From the NCBI GenBank assembly GCA_046732155.1, contig JBKPMM010000183.1:1-39839 (forward strand): DNA of 39,839 bases, given 5' to 3'. Made by a program: the position numbers and the translations under genes. Below the pieces are notes generated by a model. That model made no database searches. It was not told where the DNA came from and saw only the letters and a list, made by a program, of their open reading frames with translations. The stretch comes from Chloroflexota bacterium (GTDB lineage Bacteria; Chloroflexota; Limnocylindria; Limnocylindrales; CSP1-4). Every line of letters begins with the position of its first letter. The first letter of the stretch is position 1. Of this stretch, positions 26,458 to 35,066 are shown piece by piece.

Positions 26458-28037
26458 GCCGTGCGGGGTCGGCGGAGCGCCTCGACCATGATCGCGACGA
26501 TAGAGCGCAGTTCCCCGATCCGCAAGGCGAGCGCCGAGATGACGAACATCGCCCCGAACACGAGGGAGACGACGACGATGATCATCACGAGGCGGAGCGA
26601 ACCACCTGGCCCGGGCGACGCGGGATCCGGCAGGAGCGTGGGCTCGAGGAAGAGACGCGTCACGACCCCGACGAGCGAGGCGAGTGCCGTCGCGACGAGC
26701 GTGCGCAGGGCCACCGAACCGACGCTCGCGAGCCCGAGCGGACCCTCGCGCCGGCGAAGGAGCACGATCAAGGCCAGCGATTCCGCCCACGCTGCGACCG
26801 CGATCGCGAAGGCCATCCCCGGGAGCCCGAACGGGTCGACGAGCGCGACCGCCAGCGTCGTGTTGATGACGACGGCGCCGACGGCCGCCAGGACGGGCGT
26901 GACGGTGTCCTGACGCGCGTAGAACGCGCGGGCGAGCACGGCGATGAGCGCGTGCGCAGGGGCGCCCAGCAGGAACGCAAGGAACGTGTCGGCGGTGATG
27001 CGGATCGCGTTCGCCGAGAAGTCGTTGAACAGCAGCGCGACGGTCTCGACGCGCAGGATCCCAGCGAGCGCCGCGACCGGGATCATCGCGACCGCCAGGA
27101 GCCGCAGGGCACGGTTGAGCAGCCCGATGAAGGCGTCACGGTCGCCGACGGCCGCCCCGCGGGACAGCGATGGGAACAGGACGACCCCGAGCGGCACACC
27201 GATGACGCCGATCGGTATCTGCAGCAGCGTGAAGGCGATCGTGAACGAGGTCACGGCGCCGAGCCCGACTGTCGTCGCGAGCGCCGTGGTCACGACGAAC
27301 GTGATCTGGCTCGCGCCGAGACCGATCGCTCGCGGGACCATGAGCCCGAGGGCCCGTCTCGCCGCGGAGTCCGCGAAATCGATCCGCGCGGTGTAGCGGA
27401 ACCCGAGGCGCTGAAGCGGGCGGATCTGGACGAGCACGTGCCCGAGCGATCCGGAGACGACGCCGACCGCGAGGCCGACGGCGCCGAGTGCCGGCGTCAG
27501 CAGGAGCGCCGCGCCGATGATGGCGAGGTTGTAGACGATCGGGGCGATCGCGGCGGCCGCGAACCGACCCTCGCTGTTGAGCACACTCGTCGCGACCGCA
27601 CCGAGCGCGAGGAAGATCGGGCTGAGGACCATGATCCGTGTCAGCTCGATGGTCCGTGCCATCGTCACCGGATCGAAGCCGGACGTGTACAGCGGCACGA
27701 GCTGGTCGGCGAACACGAACACGAACGCAGCAAGGATCAGCAGGAGCCCGAGCATCAGGTTCGTGACGGTCGACACGACCCGCCACGCCCGTTCGTGACC
27801 GTCACTCGCGATGAGGCTGGCGACGACCGGGATGAGCGCCGAGGAGACGGCACCCGCCGCGACGAGCTGGAAGAGCAGGTCCGGGATCCGGAACGCGGCG
27901 AAGAACGCGTCGAGCTCGTGCGGATCGGGGACGGCGTTGACGACGACGACCAGCCGCAGCCAGCCGAGCACACGCGAGATGAGGAATGCGCCCGAAACGA
28001 TCAGCCCGGCGCGGGCGAGGGTCGAGGCGGCGGTCAT
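26454..28037 (-). CDS. murJ: Lipid II flippase MurJ/MviN
   Basis: From ATG 28037 the product reads MTAASTLARAGLIVSGAFLISRVLGWLRLVVVVNAVP...DAFFAAFRIPDLLFQLVAAGAVSSALIPV, with about 14 TM. The listed N-terminal 195 aa (to 28622) overlap xerC and are Arg/Ser-rich noise. Confidence 0.9.
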   Translation of the reverse strand: MTAASTLARAGLIVSGAFLISRVLGWLRLVVVVNAVPDPHELDAFFAAFRIPDLLFQLVAAGAVSSALIPVVASLIASDGHERAWRVVSTVTNLMLGLLLILAAFVFVFADQLVPLYTSGFDPVTMARTIELTRIMVLSPIFLALGAVATSVLNSEGRFAAAAIAPIVYNLAIIGAALLLTPALGAVGLAVGVVSGSLGHVLVQIRPLQRLGFRYTARIDFADSAARRALGLMVPRAIGLGASQITFVVTTALATTVGLGAVTSFTIAFTLLQIPIGVIGVPLGVVLFPSLSRGAAVGDRDAFIGLLNRALRLLAVAMIPVAALAGILRVETVALLFNDFSANAIRITADTFLAFLLGAPAHALIAVLARAFYARQDTVTPVLAAVGAVVINTTLAVALVDPFGLPGMAFAIAVAAWAESLALIVLLRRREGPLGLASVGSVALRTLVATALASLVGVVTRLFLEPTLLPDPASPGPGGSLRLVMIIVVVSLVFGAMFVISALALRIGELRSIVAIMVEALRRPRTA

Positions 28038-28050
28038 GTCGCGGCGGCCG

Positions 28051-29076
28051 TCACGTCGTCGTAGGCCGCCGAGCGCGAGGGTGCGCCTCACGATACGCGG
28101 CGGCCAGGCGGCCCGGCGACACGTGCGTGTAGATCTGCGTCGTGGCGAGGTTCTCGTGGCCGAGCAGCTCCTGCACGACGCGGAGGTCCGCGCCGCCGTC
28201 CAAAAGATGCGTCGCGAACGAATGCCGCAACGTGTGTGGCGACACGCCCTCCGGGAGGCCGGCGGCTCGGCAGAGGCGATCCAGCCGGTAGCGGAGACCA
28301 CGCACCCCGAGCGGGTCACCGGTGTGGTTGAGGAAGATCGCGCTCGGCCGTGGTGAGTCGGCGGGGCCGCCGGCGGATCGCCGGTCGGCCAAGAGCGGCC
28401 GGCCGTGGTCGAGATACGCCTCGAGCGCCGCGATCGCGGGTCGTCCGAGCAGCCCGATCCGCTCCTTCCTGCCTTTGCCGATGACCCGCATCTCGCCGCG
28501 CCGGAGATCGACCGACCCGAGATCCGCCGCAGCGAGCTCGCTGATGCGCAACCCGGCGGCGTACGCGACCTCGACGATCGCCCGATCCCGCAGCGCGAGG
28601 GCCGTCGCCAGCGACGTGCCATCCGGCGTTGCGTCGGCGACCTCGAGCTCGTGGTCGATGACGGCGAGCAGGCGATCGACCTCGTCGACCTCGAGGACGC
28701 GCGGAAGGCGCCGGGGCAGGCGCGGGGTCGCGATCGCGCCCCACGGGTCGCCCGTCGTCAGGCCCTCACGTGCGGCCCAGCGATGGAACGAGCGGATCGC
28801 GGCGAGGCGCTGGGCCACGGTCGACCGCGACGCGCCGGTGCCCAGCCGGGCGAGGTAGGCGCGCAGCTGATGACGCGCGGGGCGCGTCCAATCGATGCCC
28901 TGCTCACCGAGCCAGTCGAGGTACGCGCCGACCGCCGTGCGATATGCCCGGACCGTGTGCGGCGACGCGTCGCGTGCCGCGAGAGCACGGAGATACCGCT
29001 CGAGTGGGAGTGGGTCGCTCGGAGGGTCACTCGGGACGCTGACGCGTCCGTCTCGGGGGGCTGGACGCCCGGTCAC
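28051..29076 (-). CDS. xerC: Tyrosine recombinase, XerC/XerD type
   Basis: YLRALAARDASPHTVRAYRTAVGAYLDWL (N-terminal SAM-like domain), AGLRISEL, HTLRHSFATHLL, LGHENLATTQIYTHV. GTG 29076 overlaps the topA stop (GTGA). XerC versus XerD cannot be decided by eye. Confidence 0.87.
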   Translation of the reverse strand: MTGRPAPRDGRVSVPSDPPSDPLPLERYLRALAARDASPHTVRAYRTAVGAYLDWLGEQGIDWTRPARHQLRAYLARLGTGASRSTVAQRLAAIRSFHRWAAREGLTTGDPWGAIATPRLPRRLPRVLEVDEVDRLLAVIDHELEVADATPDGTSLATALALRDRAIVEVAYAAGLRISELAAADLGSVDLRRGEMRVIGKGRKERIGLLGRPAIAALEAYLDHGRPLLADRRSAGGPADSPRPSAIFLNHTGDPLGVRGLRYRLDRLCRAAGLPEGVSPHTLRHSFATHLLDGGADLRVVQELLGHENLATTQIYTHVSPGRLAAAYREAHPRARRPTTT

Positions 29077-31490
29077 GCCTCCGCGGCCGGCTCGGTCGAT
29101 CGCCTGGTGCCGTTCGAACGACCGCCACGACGTGACGGGCCGCGGGTCGTGGCGCCACGCCGGGCGCCGGTGCCACGTGCCGGCCGAGCGAGCGCCTCGG
29201 GGTCGGGTGGACCGCCCGGGTAGGTTTCGCCGGGGAGGACGTCGTCGGCCGGGGCCTCGCTCGTCGACCCGCACTTCAGGCAGATCGCCGCATCGCCCTT
29301 GCGCGCGAGCGGTCCCTGATCGACATCGTGCAGACCGCCGAGCGGCTCGTAATTCGTCGTGAAGTCGCACTTCGGGTAGTTCGAGCATCCCCAGAAGACG
29401 TTCCCGGTCCGCCGCGCGCGACGCGGGACGAGATGACCGTCGTTGTTCTTGGGGCACGCGACCTCGAACGGCAACGGCTCGGGCGGTGGCGGGCCCTCAC
29501 GCTTGATGTAGTCGCACTCGGGGTAGCGCGAGCAGCCGACGAACGGCCCGAAGCGTCCCCGCCGGCCGACGAGCGTCCCCTCGCCGCACTTCGGGCAGAC
29601 CTCGCCGGTCCCCTCCTGGGGCGGCGGCTCGTCGCCGGGGAGTGGCCGCGTCTCCTTGTGCTCGGGGTACATCGAGCACGCCAGGAAGCGTCCGTTCCGC
29701 CCGAGGCGGATGACCATCGGGTGGCCCTCCGAGCACACCTCGTCGGTGGCCTCCGTCGTGAAGTCGCTGCGGCGCAGTTCGCGCCGCTTCTCGGCGACAC
29801 GGTCGCGCAGCGGTGCGTAGAACGCCTCGAGCAGCGGGACCCACGCTCGCTCGCCGCGTGCGATCTCGTCGAGCTCCTCCTCCATCCGGGCCGTGAACTC
29901 GAGGTCGACGTAGTCCCCGAAGTGCTCCACGAGAAGATCCGTCACGATGCCCGCGACCAGCTCGGGGTGGAGCCGGCGCTCCTCGACGCGGACGTAGCCG
30001 CGATCGATGATCGTCGAGATCGTCGCCGCGTACGTGGATGGACGACCGATGCCGTGCTCTTCGAGCGCCTTGATGAGGGTCGCCTCGGTGTAGCGCGGCG
30101 GGGGTTCGGTGAAGTGCTGGGTCGGCGTGACGTCGCGGACGTCCGTCCGATCGCCCTCCGCGAGCTGCGGCAGCCGACGCGCGTTCTCGTCCTCCTCGGC
30201 ATCGTCGTCGCGGCCCTCGGTGTAGACGCGCGCGAAGCCCTCGAACAGGGTCCGCGTCGAGCTCGCGCGCAGCTCGTACGGTCCATCGACGAGGTCGACG
30301 GTCGTCGTCTCGAGCTCCTTCGGGGCCATCTGCGACGCCAGGGCCCGCTGCCAGATCAACCGATAGAGCCGCAACTCCTCGGGCTTCAGCATTCCCTCGA
30401 GCGAGTCAGGGTCACGTCGGAAGCTGGTCGGCCGGATCGACTCGTGCGCCTCCTGGGCACCCTTGGACGTGGTCTTGTAGACGCGGCCCTTGGGCATCGT
30501 GAAGTCGTCGCCGTATCGGCCGGCGATCACGTCACGGGCCTCACCCATCGCGACGCCGGCCATCGACGTGGAGTCGGTCCGCATGTACGTGATCAGACCG
30601 ACATGGCCGTCGGGCGCGTCGACGCCTTCGTAGAGCCGCTGCGCGATGGACATCGTCCGCTTCGGGCTGAACGACAGCTTGCGGCTCGCTTCCTGCTGGA
30701 GGGTCGATGTCGTGAATGGCGGAGCCGGCGAGCGCTTCTGGGTGCGGACGCCGACCTTGCGAACGACCGGGTGCGCCTCGCGCAGCGCCGTGACGTGGCG
30801 GTCGGTGGTTGCTTCGTCGGGAAGGTCGAGTGCCTCGCCGTCGATCCGGACGAGCTCCGCGGCGAACGTGTCACCGGCGGCCGTGGCGAGGATCGCCTCG
30901 ATCGTCCAGTACTCGCGCGCGGTGAACGCCTCGATCTCGCGTTCCCGCTCGACGACGAGGCGAACGGCGACGGACTGGACGCGGCCGGCCGACAGCCCGC
31001 CGCGGACCTTGCGCGAGAGCAGCGGGCTGAGGGTGTAGCCGACGAGCCGATCGACGATCCGTCGCGTCTGCTGCGCATCGACGAGGTTCCTGTCGATGTC
31101 GCGCGGATTGGCGAAGGCTTCTCGGATGGCGGGCTCGGTGATCTCGCTGAAGGTGACGCGCCGGGTCTTGTCCGAAGGGACGTTCGCTGCCTCGGCCACG
31201 TGCCAGGCGATCGCCTCTCCCTCGCGGTCGAGGTCTGTCGCGAGGTACACGAGGTCGGAGCCCTTGGCGGCCTTGGCGATGTCGTTGACCTGCTTGCGCC
31301 GGTCTTCGTTGATGACGTATTCGGGAAGGAACCCGTGGTCGACGTCCACGCCGAACTTGCCCTTACCGGGGTTCTCGGGGAGGTCGCGGACATGGCCATA
31401 GGAGGCCAGGACGCGATAGTCGTCGCCCAGGTATCGCTCGATCGTCCGCGCCTTTGCCGGCGACTCGACGATCACGAGGTTCTTGGACAC
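29073..31490 (-). CDS. topA: DNA topoisomerase I with C-terminal zinc-ribbon repeats and a basic tail
   Basis: VSKNLVIVESPAKARTIERYLG (Toprim), YLATDLDREGEAIAWH, the active-site region ITYMRTDST, then Cys4-type ribbons (CPKCGEGTL...CSRYPECDY, CPKNNDG...CSNYPKCDF and others). I use GTG 31490 because an extended -10 box sits 7 nt upstream. The listed GTG 31523 would lie upstream of that box. Confidence 0.93.
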   Translation of the reverse strand: MSKNLVIVESPAKARTIERYLGDDYRVLASYGHVRDLPENPGKGKFGVDVDHGFLPEYVINEDRRKQVNDIAKAAKGSDLVYLATDLDREGEAIAWHVAEAANVPSDKTRRVTFSEITEPAIREAFANPRDIDRNLVDAQQTRRIVDRLVGYTLSPLLSRKVRGGLSAGRVQSVAVRLVVEREREIEAFTAREYWTIEAILATAAGDTFAAELVRIDGEALDLPDEATTDRHVTALREAHPVVRKVGVRTQKRSPAPPFTTSTLQQEASRKLSFSPKRTMSIAQRLYEGVDAPDGHVGLITYMRTDSTSMAGVAMGEARDVIAGRYGDDFTMPKGRVYKTTSKGAQEAHESIRPTSFRRDPDSLEGMLKPEELRLYRLIWQRALASQMAPKELETTTVDLVDGPYELRASSTRTLFEGFARVYTEGRDDDAEEDENARRLPQLAEGDRTDVRDVTPTQHFTEPPPRYTEATLIKALEEHGIGRPSTYAATISTIIDRGYVRVEERRLHPELVAGIVTDLLVEHFGDYVDLEFTARMEEELDEIARGERAWVPLLEAFYAPLRDRVAEKRRELRRSDFTTEATDEVCSEGHPMVIRLGRNGRFLACSMYPEHKETRPLPGDEPPPQEGTGEVCPKCGEGTLVGRRGRFGPFVGCSRYPECDYIKREGPPPPEPLPFEVACPKNNDGHLVPRRARRTGNVFWGCSNYPKCDFTTNYEPLGGLHDVDQGPLARKGDAAICLKCGSTSEAPADDVLPGETYPGGPPDPEALARPARGTGARRGATTRGPSRRGGRSNGTRRSTEPAAEA

Positions 31491-31497
31491 GGCCGGG

Positions 31498-31506
31498 ATA
31501 TTAGCA
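31498..31506 (-). promoter_or_regulatory. Extended -10 TGCTAATAT, 7 nt upstream of the topA GTG 31490; leaderless-type
   Basis: The reverse strand reads ccggTGCTAATATcccggccGTG. This is the most AT-rich hexamer-type element I saw apart from 37939-37944. Confidence 0.5.
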
Positions 31507-31560
31507 CCGGCTTCTTCGCGCACCCTTATCGCTCGACCCGCTGAAGGATCATCTCGGTGC

Positions 31561-31577
31561 CAGCGCCGTAGGCGCTG
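31561..31577 (-). terminator. Perfect 7-bp hairpin cagcgcc-gta-ggcgctg between the 127-aa gene and the topA promoter
   Basis: Lies 34 nt downstream of the stop at 31611-31613. No U-tract. Confidence 0.3.
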
Positions 31578-31610
31578 ACGCGACGCCGTTACGCAGCGCC
31601 GACGGGTCGG

Positions 31611-31994
31611 TCAGACCTCGCGGATGCGGCGGAGGAAGTCCTCATCGATCTCGAGCTCGTCGTCGTCAGCGGGCGTCTCGGCCGGCAACGGGGCGTGGAC
31701 GCCGGCCCCGACCGGGATCGGCAGCGTCCCGGGGACGTCGCCGACGCCCACCGACTCGACCGCTCCACCGACCCCTGCGGCGGCCATCGCGGCCTGCGGG
31801 ATCTCGATGAACGACACGCGGTGGTACGGGAACAGGAACACGGACTTCGAGTCGTCGACGAAGACCGGCCGCTTCCCGTCGAGCGAGCGGAGGTTCGTCA
31901 ACCGCACCGCCACGTCGGTCGGATTCGGAAGCTCGAAGAGATCGGCGATCAGCGGCTGCTCATTGGAGATATGCAGCACAGCGTTGCGGAGCAT
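31611..31994 (-). CDS. 127-aa hypothetical protein: beta-rich N-domain, Gly/Ala/Val/Pro linker, acidic amphipathic C-terminus
   Basis: MLRNAVLHISNEQPLIADLFELPNPTDVAVRLTNLRSLDGKRPVFVDDSKSVFLFPYHRVSFIEI, then a linker, then ETPADDDELEIDEDFLRRIREV. A weak CACGAT-N6-ATG lies upstream (32001-32006). Confidence 0.6.
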   Translation of the reverse strand: MLRNAVLHISNEQPLIADLFELPNPTDVAVRLTNLRSLDGKRPVFVDDSKSVFLFPYHRVSFIEIPQAAMAAAGVGGAVESVGVGDVPGTLPIPVGAGVHAPLPAETPADDDELEIDEDFLRRIREV

Positions 31995-32045
31995 GGCCGC
32001 ATCGTGCCGACGGCCACCGCCGAAAGGGATGGCCCGAAGGTCCCC

Positions 32046-33752
32046 CTACGGGTGGTAGAAGTCGATGACGAGGCGGACGCGGCCGCCCGACACCCACACG
32101 CCGATCCCGACCCGGTCGTAGGCAGAGTTCATCAGGTTCACGTAGTGGCCGCCGCTGTACGGCCGTTCGCTCTGGAAGAACAGATGGCTGCCGAGCACCG
32201 CGCTGTACGGGTTGCCCGAGCGACAGCCAAGGTTCTCGGCCCAGCGATAGCTGTGGTAGCCGGCTCGGCGGAGGCGGTCGCCCGGGTTCCCGCCGCTGAA
32301 GTGCGTGCACATGTTGTTGACCGCGAGCTTCTTCGCGTACGGCCGCGACACCTTCGTGCTGATCCCGGCGTCCAGCCTCAGCGCCGCGACGTTCCGTCCA
32401 CCAGGGCTGCTGCAGTCGCCGCCCGAGGTCACCCAGCCGCCCGTCCGGGTGCAGTTCATCAATCGCAGGTAGTAGCGCTCGACGGCGCCCCAGCTGCCGC
32501 TTCCGACGGTCCCGCCACCGGTCCGCGGGATGTGGCTCGTCGCCGCCCGCGCAGTCGTCGCGGCCGCTTGCTTCGTCGCTGCGGGCTTGGGTACGACCGT
32601 GAACGTGCCCTTCTCGGCCGCGCCGAGGGGGATCTTGGTCGCGCTCGTCGCGGTGGCGGCGACCGTCGCGACCACGGACGCACCGTACGGAAGGTTCGAG
32701 GACGGGTCGAAGACGAGCACATGGTCGTCCTCGACGAACTGGATCGTGCCCGGGACGCGCTTCCCATCGGCGGTCACCGAGAACGCCGCTCTGGTCGAGG
32801 CGTGGTCCATCCTTTCGGTGAAGCGGACGGAGATCATGGCGTCGCGCAGGATGTCGCTCGACCCGTCCCGCGGCCGGAAGCGCACGACTCCCGGAGCGGC
32901 GACCGTCCGCATGGCCATGGTCAACGGTGCGAGCGCGATCCCGGAGGCGTCCTTCACGCCATCGACGACGAGGCGGTACTTCGTGTCGGGCGCGAGCGGC
33001 TCGCTCGGGATGAAGGTGTACGTCGAGGCGCCGCCTGCCGCGGTCGTCCGAGTCAGTGCGCCCTGGACCGGCGGTTCGATCTTGATCGCCGGACCGACCG
33101 AGGCGAGGTCCACGGGCTGGTCGAACGCGATCGTGAACGACGAATCGACCTTGGCTCGCTTGTCGAGCATGCCGGTCGCAGCCAGGAGACCGGTGGCGGT
33201 ATCACGTGTCAGGAACGCGGCGCGCGCGGGCTTCGTCATCGGTCGTCCGCTGGTCGCAAGCGCGCCCGCACCGACCGTGACCGTGTAGTAGGTCGATGGC
33301 TGCCACGCGCCGGTCGGGACGATCGAGACGCGCGTGTCGTCCGCGCTCCACTCGAGCTGGAACGGGACCGCCGGCTGGATCGACACGCTCGATCCGACCG
33401 ATTCGCGCTGCATCGGGGCGCTGAACAGGATGCTGGCAGGCGCCCGAAGATCGATGTTGGTCGCGACGGCCATCCTGAACGCGGCCTGCGTCAGGGGAAC
33501 GATGTCACTCGTCGGCGAGGCGGTGGTGACCGCGGGACGAGCGGATGCGATGGCGCCGAGTGCCATGACCCCGCCCAGGCCGATCGCGACGCCGGCGCGG
33601 ATGAACCTGGATCGGCCAAGGACTGTCGACGCGTACACGCCGAGCAGCACAGGCACGGCCAGGATCGCGATGAGGTACTTCCGCAATACAGGACCCGGCT
33701 GCGTTGGGCGGGGGCGATCGGGATGGGGGTTCCACGTCTTCGCCCGCATCAC
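32046..33752 (-). CDS. Membrane-anchored surface protein: three Ig-like (SbsA/Big_5-type) domains plus a C-terminal CAP/SCP/PR-1 domain
   Basis: N-terminal TM (YLIAILAVPVLLGVYAS), repeated SV.I.P...W....T.V.. modules, and a C-terminal stretch YYLRLMNCTR...HFSG...WAENLG...GHYVNLMNSAYDRVGIGV typical of CAP domains. GTG 33752 and ATG 33749 are both possible starts. Confidence 0.8.
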   Translation of the reverse strand: MMRAKTWNPHPDRPRPTQPGPVLRKYLIAILAVPVLLGVYASTVLGRSRFIRAGVAIGLGGVMALGAIASARPAVTTASPTSDIVPLTQAAFRMAVATNIDLRAPASILFSAPMQRESVGSSVSIQPAVPFQLEWSADDTRVSIVPTGAWQPSTYYTVTVGAGALATSGRPMTKPARAAFLTRDTATGLLAATGMLDKRAKVDSSFTIAFDQPVDLASVGPAIKIEPPVQGALTRTTAAGGASTYTFIPSEPLAPDTKYRLVVDGVKDASGIALAPLTMAMRTVAAPGVVRFRPRDGSSDILRDAMISVRFTERMDHASTRAAFSVTADGKRVPGTIQFVEDDHVLVFDPSSNLPYGASVVATVAATATSATKIPLGAAEKGTFTVVPKPAATKQAAATTARAATSHIPRTGGGTVGSGSWGAVERYYLRLMNCTRTGGWVTSGGDCSSPGGRNVAALRLDAGISTKVSRPYAKKLAVNNMCTHFSGGNPGDRLRRAGYHSYRWAENLGCRSGNPYSAVLGSHLFFQSERPYSGGHYVNLMNSAYDRVGIGVWVSGGRVRLVIDFYHP

Positions 33753-33772
33753 CTGGGGGGCAGATGCGCCCG

Positions 33773-35065
33773 TCAGGGTAGCAAAGCCTGTCCAGAGCGG
33801 GCAACCACCCGTCTCCGACCCTCACTCGCCCCTTCCCAGAAGGATGTCTGGGATCCGAGCATCGTGCCGGCCGGCCGATACCGCCCGTGAGCACCCGCGA
33901 CCAGCCCTTTTCTCTGGAGGAGTGTGAGGGCCGCCAGCACCGTGGCGATCGGCAGATCCGTCGTCGCGACCAGTTCATCGACGGTGGCGAGACCCGACAG
34001 CAGCGCGGAAGCGATGAGCGCCTCCGTCCGGCCGAGGTCCTGGATCGAGGCGCTGGCCAGCGCATCGACGTCCGATCTCGCGACTGCGCTATAGCCCAGA
34101 TCCGCGATCAGCTGCGGGATCCCGGTCACGATCTGCGCGACGGGCGAGAACTCGCGGAGGAATGCCAGGCAACCGGCGGACGCCCGTCCGTCGAGCGGCC
34201 CCGGCACGAGGAAGCAGCCCCTCCCCTGTTCGAGGGCCCACGACGCCGTGATCAACGCGCCGGACTTCGCGGGCGCTTCGATGACCACGGTCGCATCGCT
34301 GAGCCCGCTGATGATCCGGTTCCGCAGCGGGAAGGTGCCCTGCGTCGGCGCGACGTCCGGGGCGTGCTCCGACACGATCGAGCCGCCGCGCGCGACGATC
34401 GCGTCAGCGAGTCTCCGATGCGCTGGCGGACCGGGTGATGCGTGACCCCCACCGATGACGGCGACGGTCGTGCCGGTCGCGCGGAGGCTCGCTGCGTGGG
34501 CAGCCCCGTCGATGCCGAAGGCGAGCCCTGACACGACGGTCGCATCGGCTGCGACCAGCGCCGTTGCGATGCGCCCGGCGATGTCCCGACCGGTCGCCGT
34601 CGCGCGTCGTGTACCCACGACCGCCACCGAACGGTCGCGCGACAACGTCGCGAGCGGACCGTGTACGTACAGAACGTGCGGAGGCATCGCGATCGCCGCG
34701 AGTCGGGCGGGGTAGGCCGGCTCCTCCACGGTCACCACATGCACGCCGAGTGCGCGCATCCGACCGAGGATCCGCCCCGAAGCCTGCGCCGCATCGACGA
34801 TCCGTCGTGCCACGTCATCCCCGATCGGCCGAACGCGCACACCGATGTCGGCCTGCGGCGTATCCACCAGCCGCCGCGCGGCACGCGGTCGGCACGCTTC
34901 GACGAGCACCTCTCGGGCCGATCCGTACCGTTGGAGCAGCGCCGCGAACCCGATCGGGCCGAGTCCGTGGACCGATGCGAGTACCGCCCACGCGTCCCGC
35001 TCGGGCGCGTAGCTGTCGAGCTCGCTCGCGGCGGTAGCGCCGGGTGGCGACCCGATGCCGATCAC
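33773..35065 (-). CDS. dprA: DNA-processing protein DprA (Smf)
   Basis: SAM-like N-terminus (LASVHGLGPIGFAALLQRYGS), Rossmann core (VAVVGTRRATATGRDIA...VVSGLAFGIDGAAHAASL...GALITA) and a C-terminal winged helix (TVDELVATTDLPIATVLAALTLLQRKGLV). A roughly 35-aa C-terminal tail follows the usual end. Confidence 0.88.
   Translation of the reverse strand: MIGIGSPPGATAASELDSYAPERDAWAVLASVHGLGPIGFAALLQRYGSAREVLVEACRPRAARRLVDTPQADIGVRVRPIGDDVARRIVDAAQASGRILGRMRALGVHVVTVEEPAYPARLAAIAMPPHVLYVHGPLATLSRDRSVAVVGTRRATATGRDIAGRIATALVAADATVVSGLAFGIDGAAHAASLRATGTTVAVIGGGHASPGPPAHRRLADAIVARGGSIVSEHAPDVAPTQGTFPLRNRIISGLSDATVVIEAPAKSGALITASWALEQGRGCFLVPGPLDGRASAGCLAFLREFSPVAQIVTGIPQLIADLGYSAVARSDVDALASASIQDLGRTEALIASALLSGLATVDELVATTDLPIATVLAALTLLQRKGLVAGAHGRYRPAGTMLGSQTSFWEGASEGRRRVVARSGQALLP
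33775..33783 (-). promoter_or_regulatory. Extended -10 TGCTACCCT inside the last codons and stop of dprA, 22 nt upstream of the CAP-domain gene start
   Basis: The reverse strand reads tTGCTACCCTgacgggcgcatctgcccccagGTGATG. Confidence 0.35.
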
Positions 35066-35066
35066 G

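Noticed and set aside
26244-28064. 606-aa plus-strand ORF opposite murJ and Fem1, and 582-aa ORF 11475-13223 opposite aspS
   Set aside because: Both products are extremely rich in Arg/Asp/Glu/His and lie antisense to well-supported genes. They are shadow ORFs.
28038-28622. N-terminal extensions of listed ORFs: murJ to 28622, xerC to 29457, Fem1 to 26790, Fem2 to 25663, aspS to 13400, the 93-aa protein to 1588, Nudix to 39645, hydrolase to 39004
   Set aside because: In each case the extra residues overlap the upstream gene in another frame and are Arg/Pro/Gly/Ser-rich. A start codon forming a 4-nt overlap, or sitting behind a -10 box, gives a protein that begins where the family normally begins.
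28051-29076. Tyrosine recombinase as a marker of an integrated mobile element or prophage
   Set aside because: There is no flanking tRNA, direct repeats, excisionase, phage or transposase genes. It has XerC/D-type N- and C-terminal motifs, is translationally coupled to topA, and lies in the conserved dprA-topA-xer neighbourhood. I read it as the housekeeping chromosome-dimer resolvase.
29328-31544. 738-aa plus-strand ORF opposite topA
   Set aside because: It is antisense to an unmistakable topoisomerase I gene, with Arg/Asp/Leu/Val-rich low-information composition and no start-site signals.
31695-33890. 731-aa plus-strand ORF opposite the CAP-domain gene
   Set aside because: It is antisense to a gene with a TM anchor, Ig-like repeats and a CAP domain. 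The translated product is Arg/Asp/Gly-rich noise.
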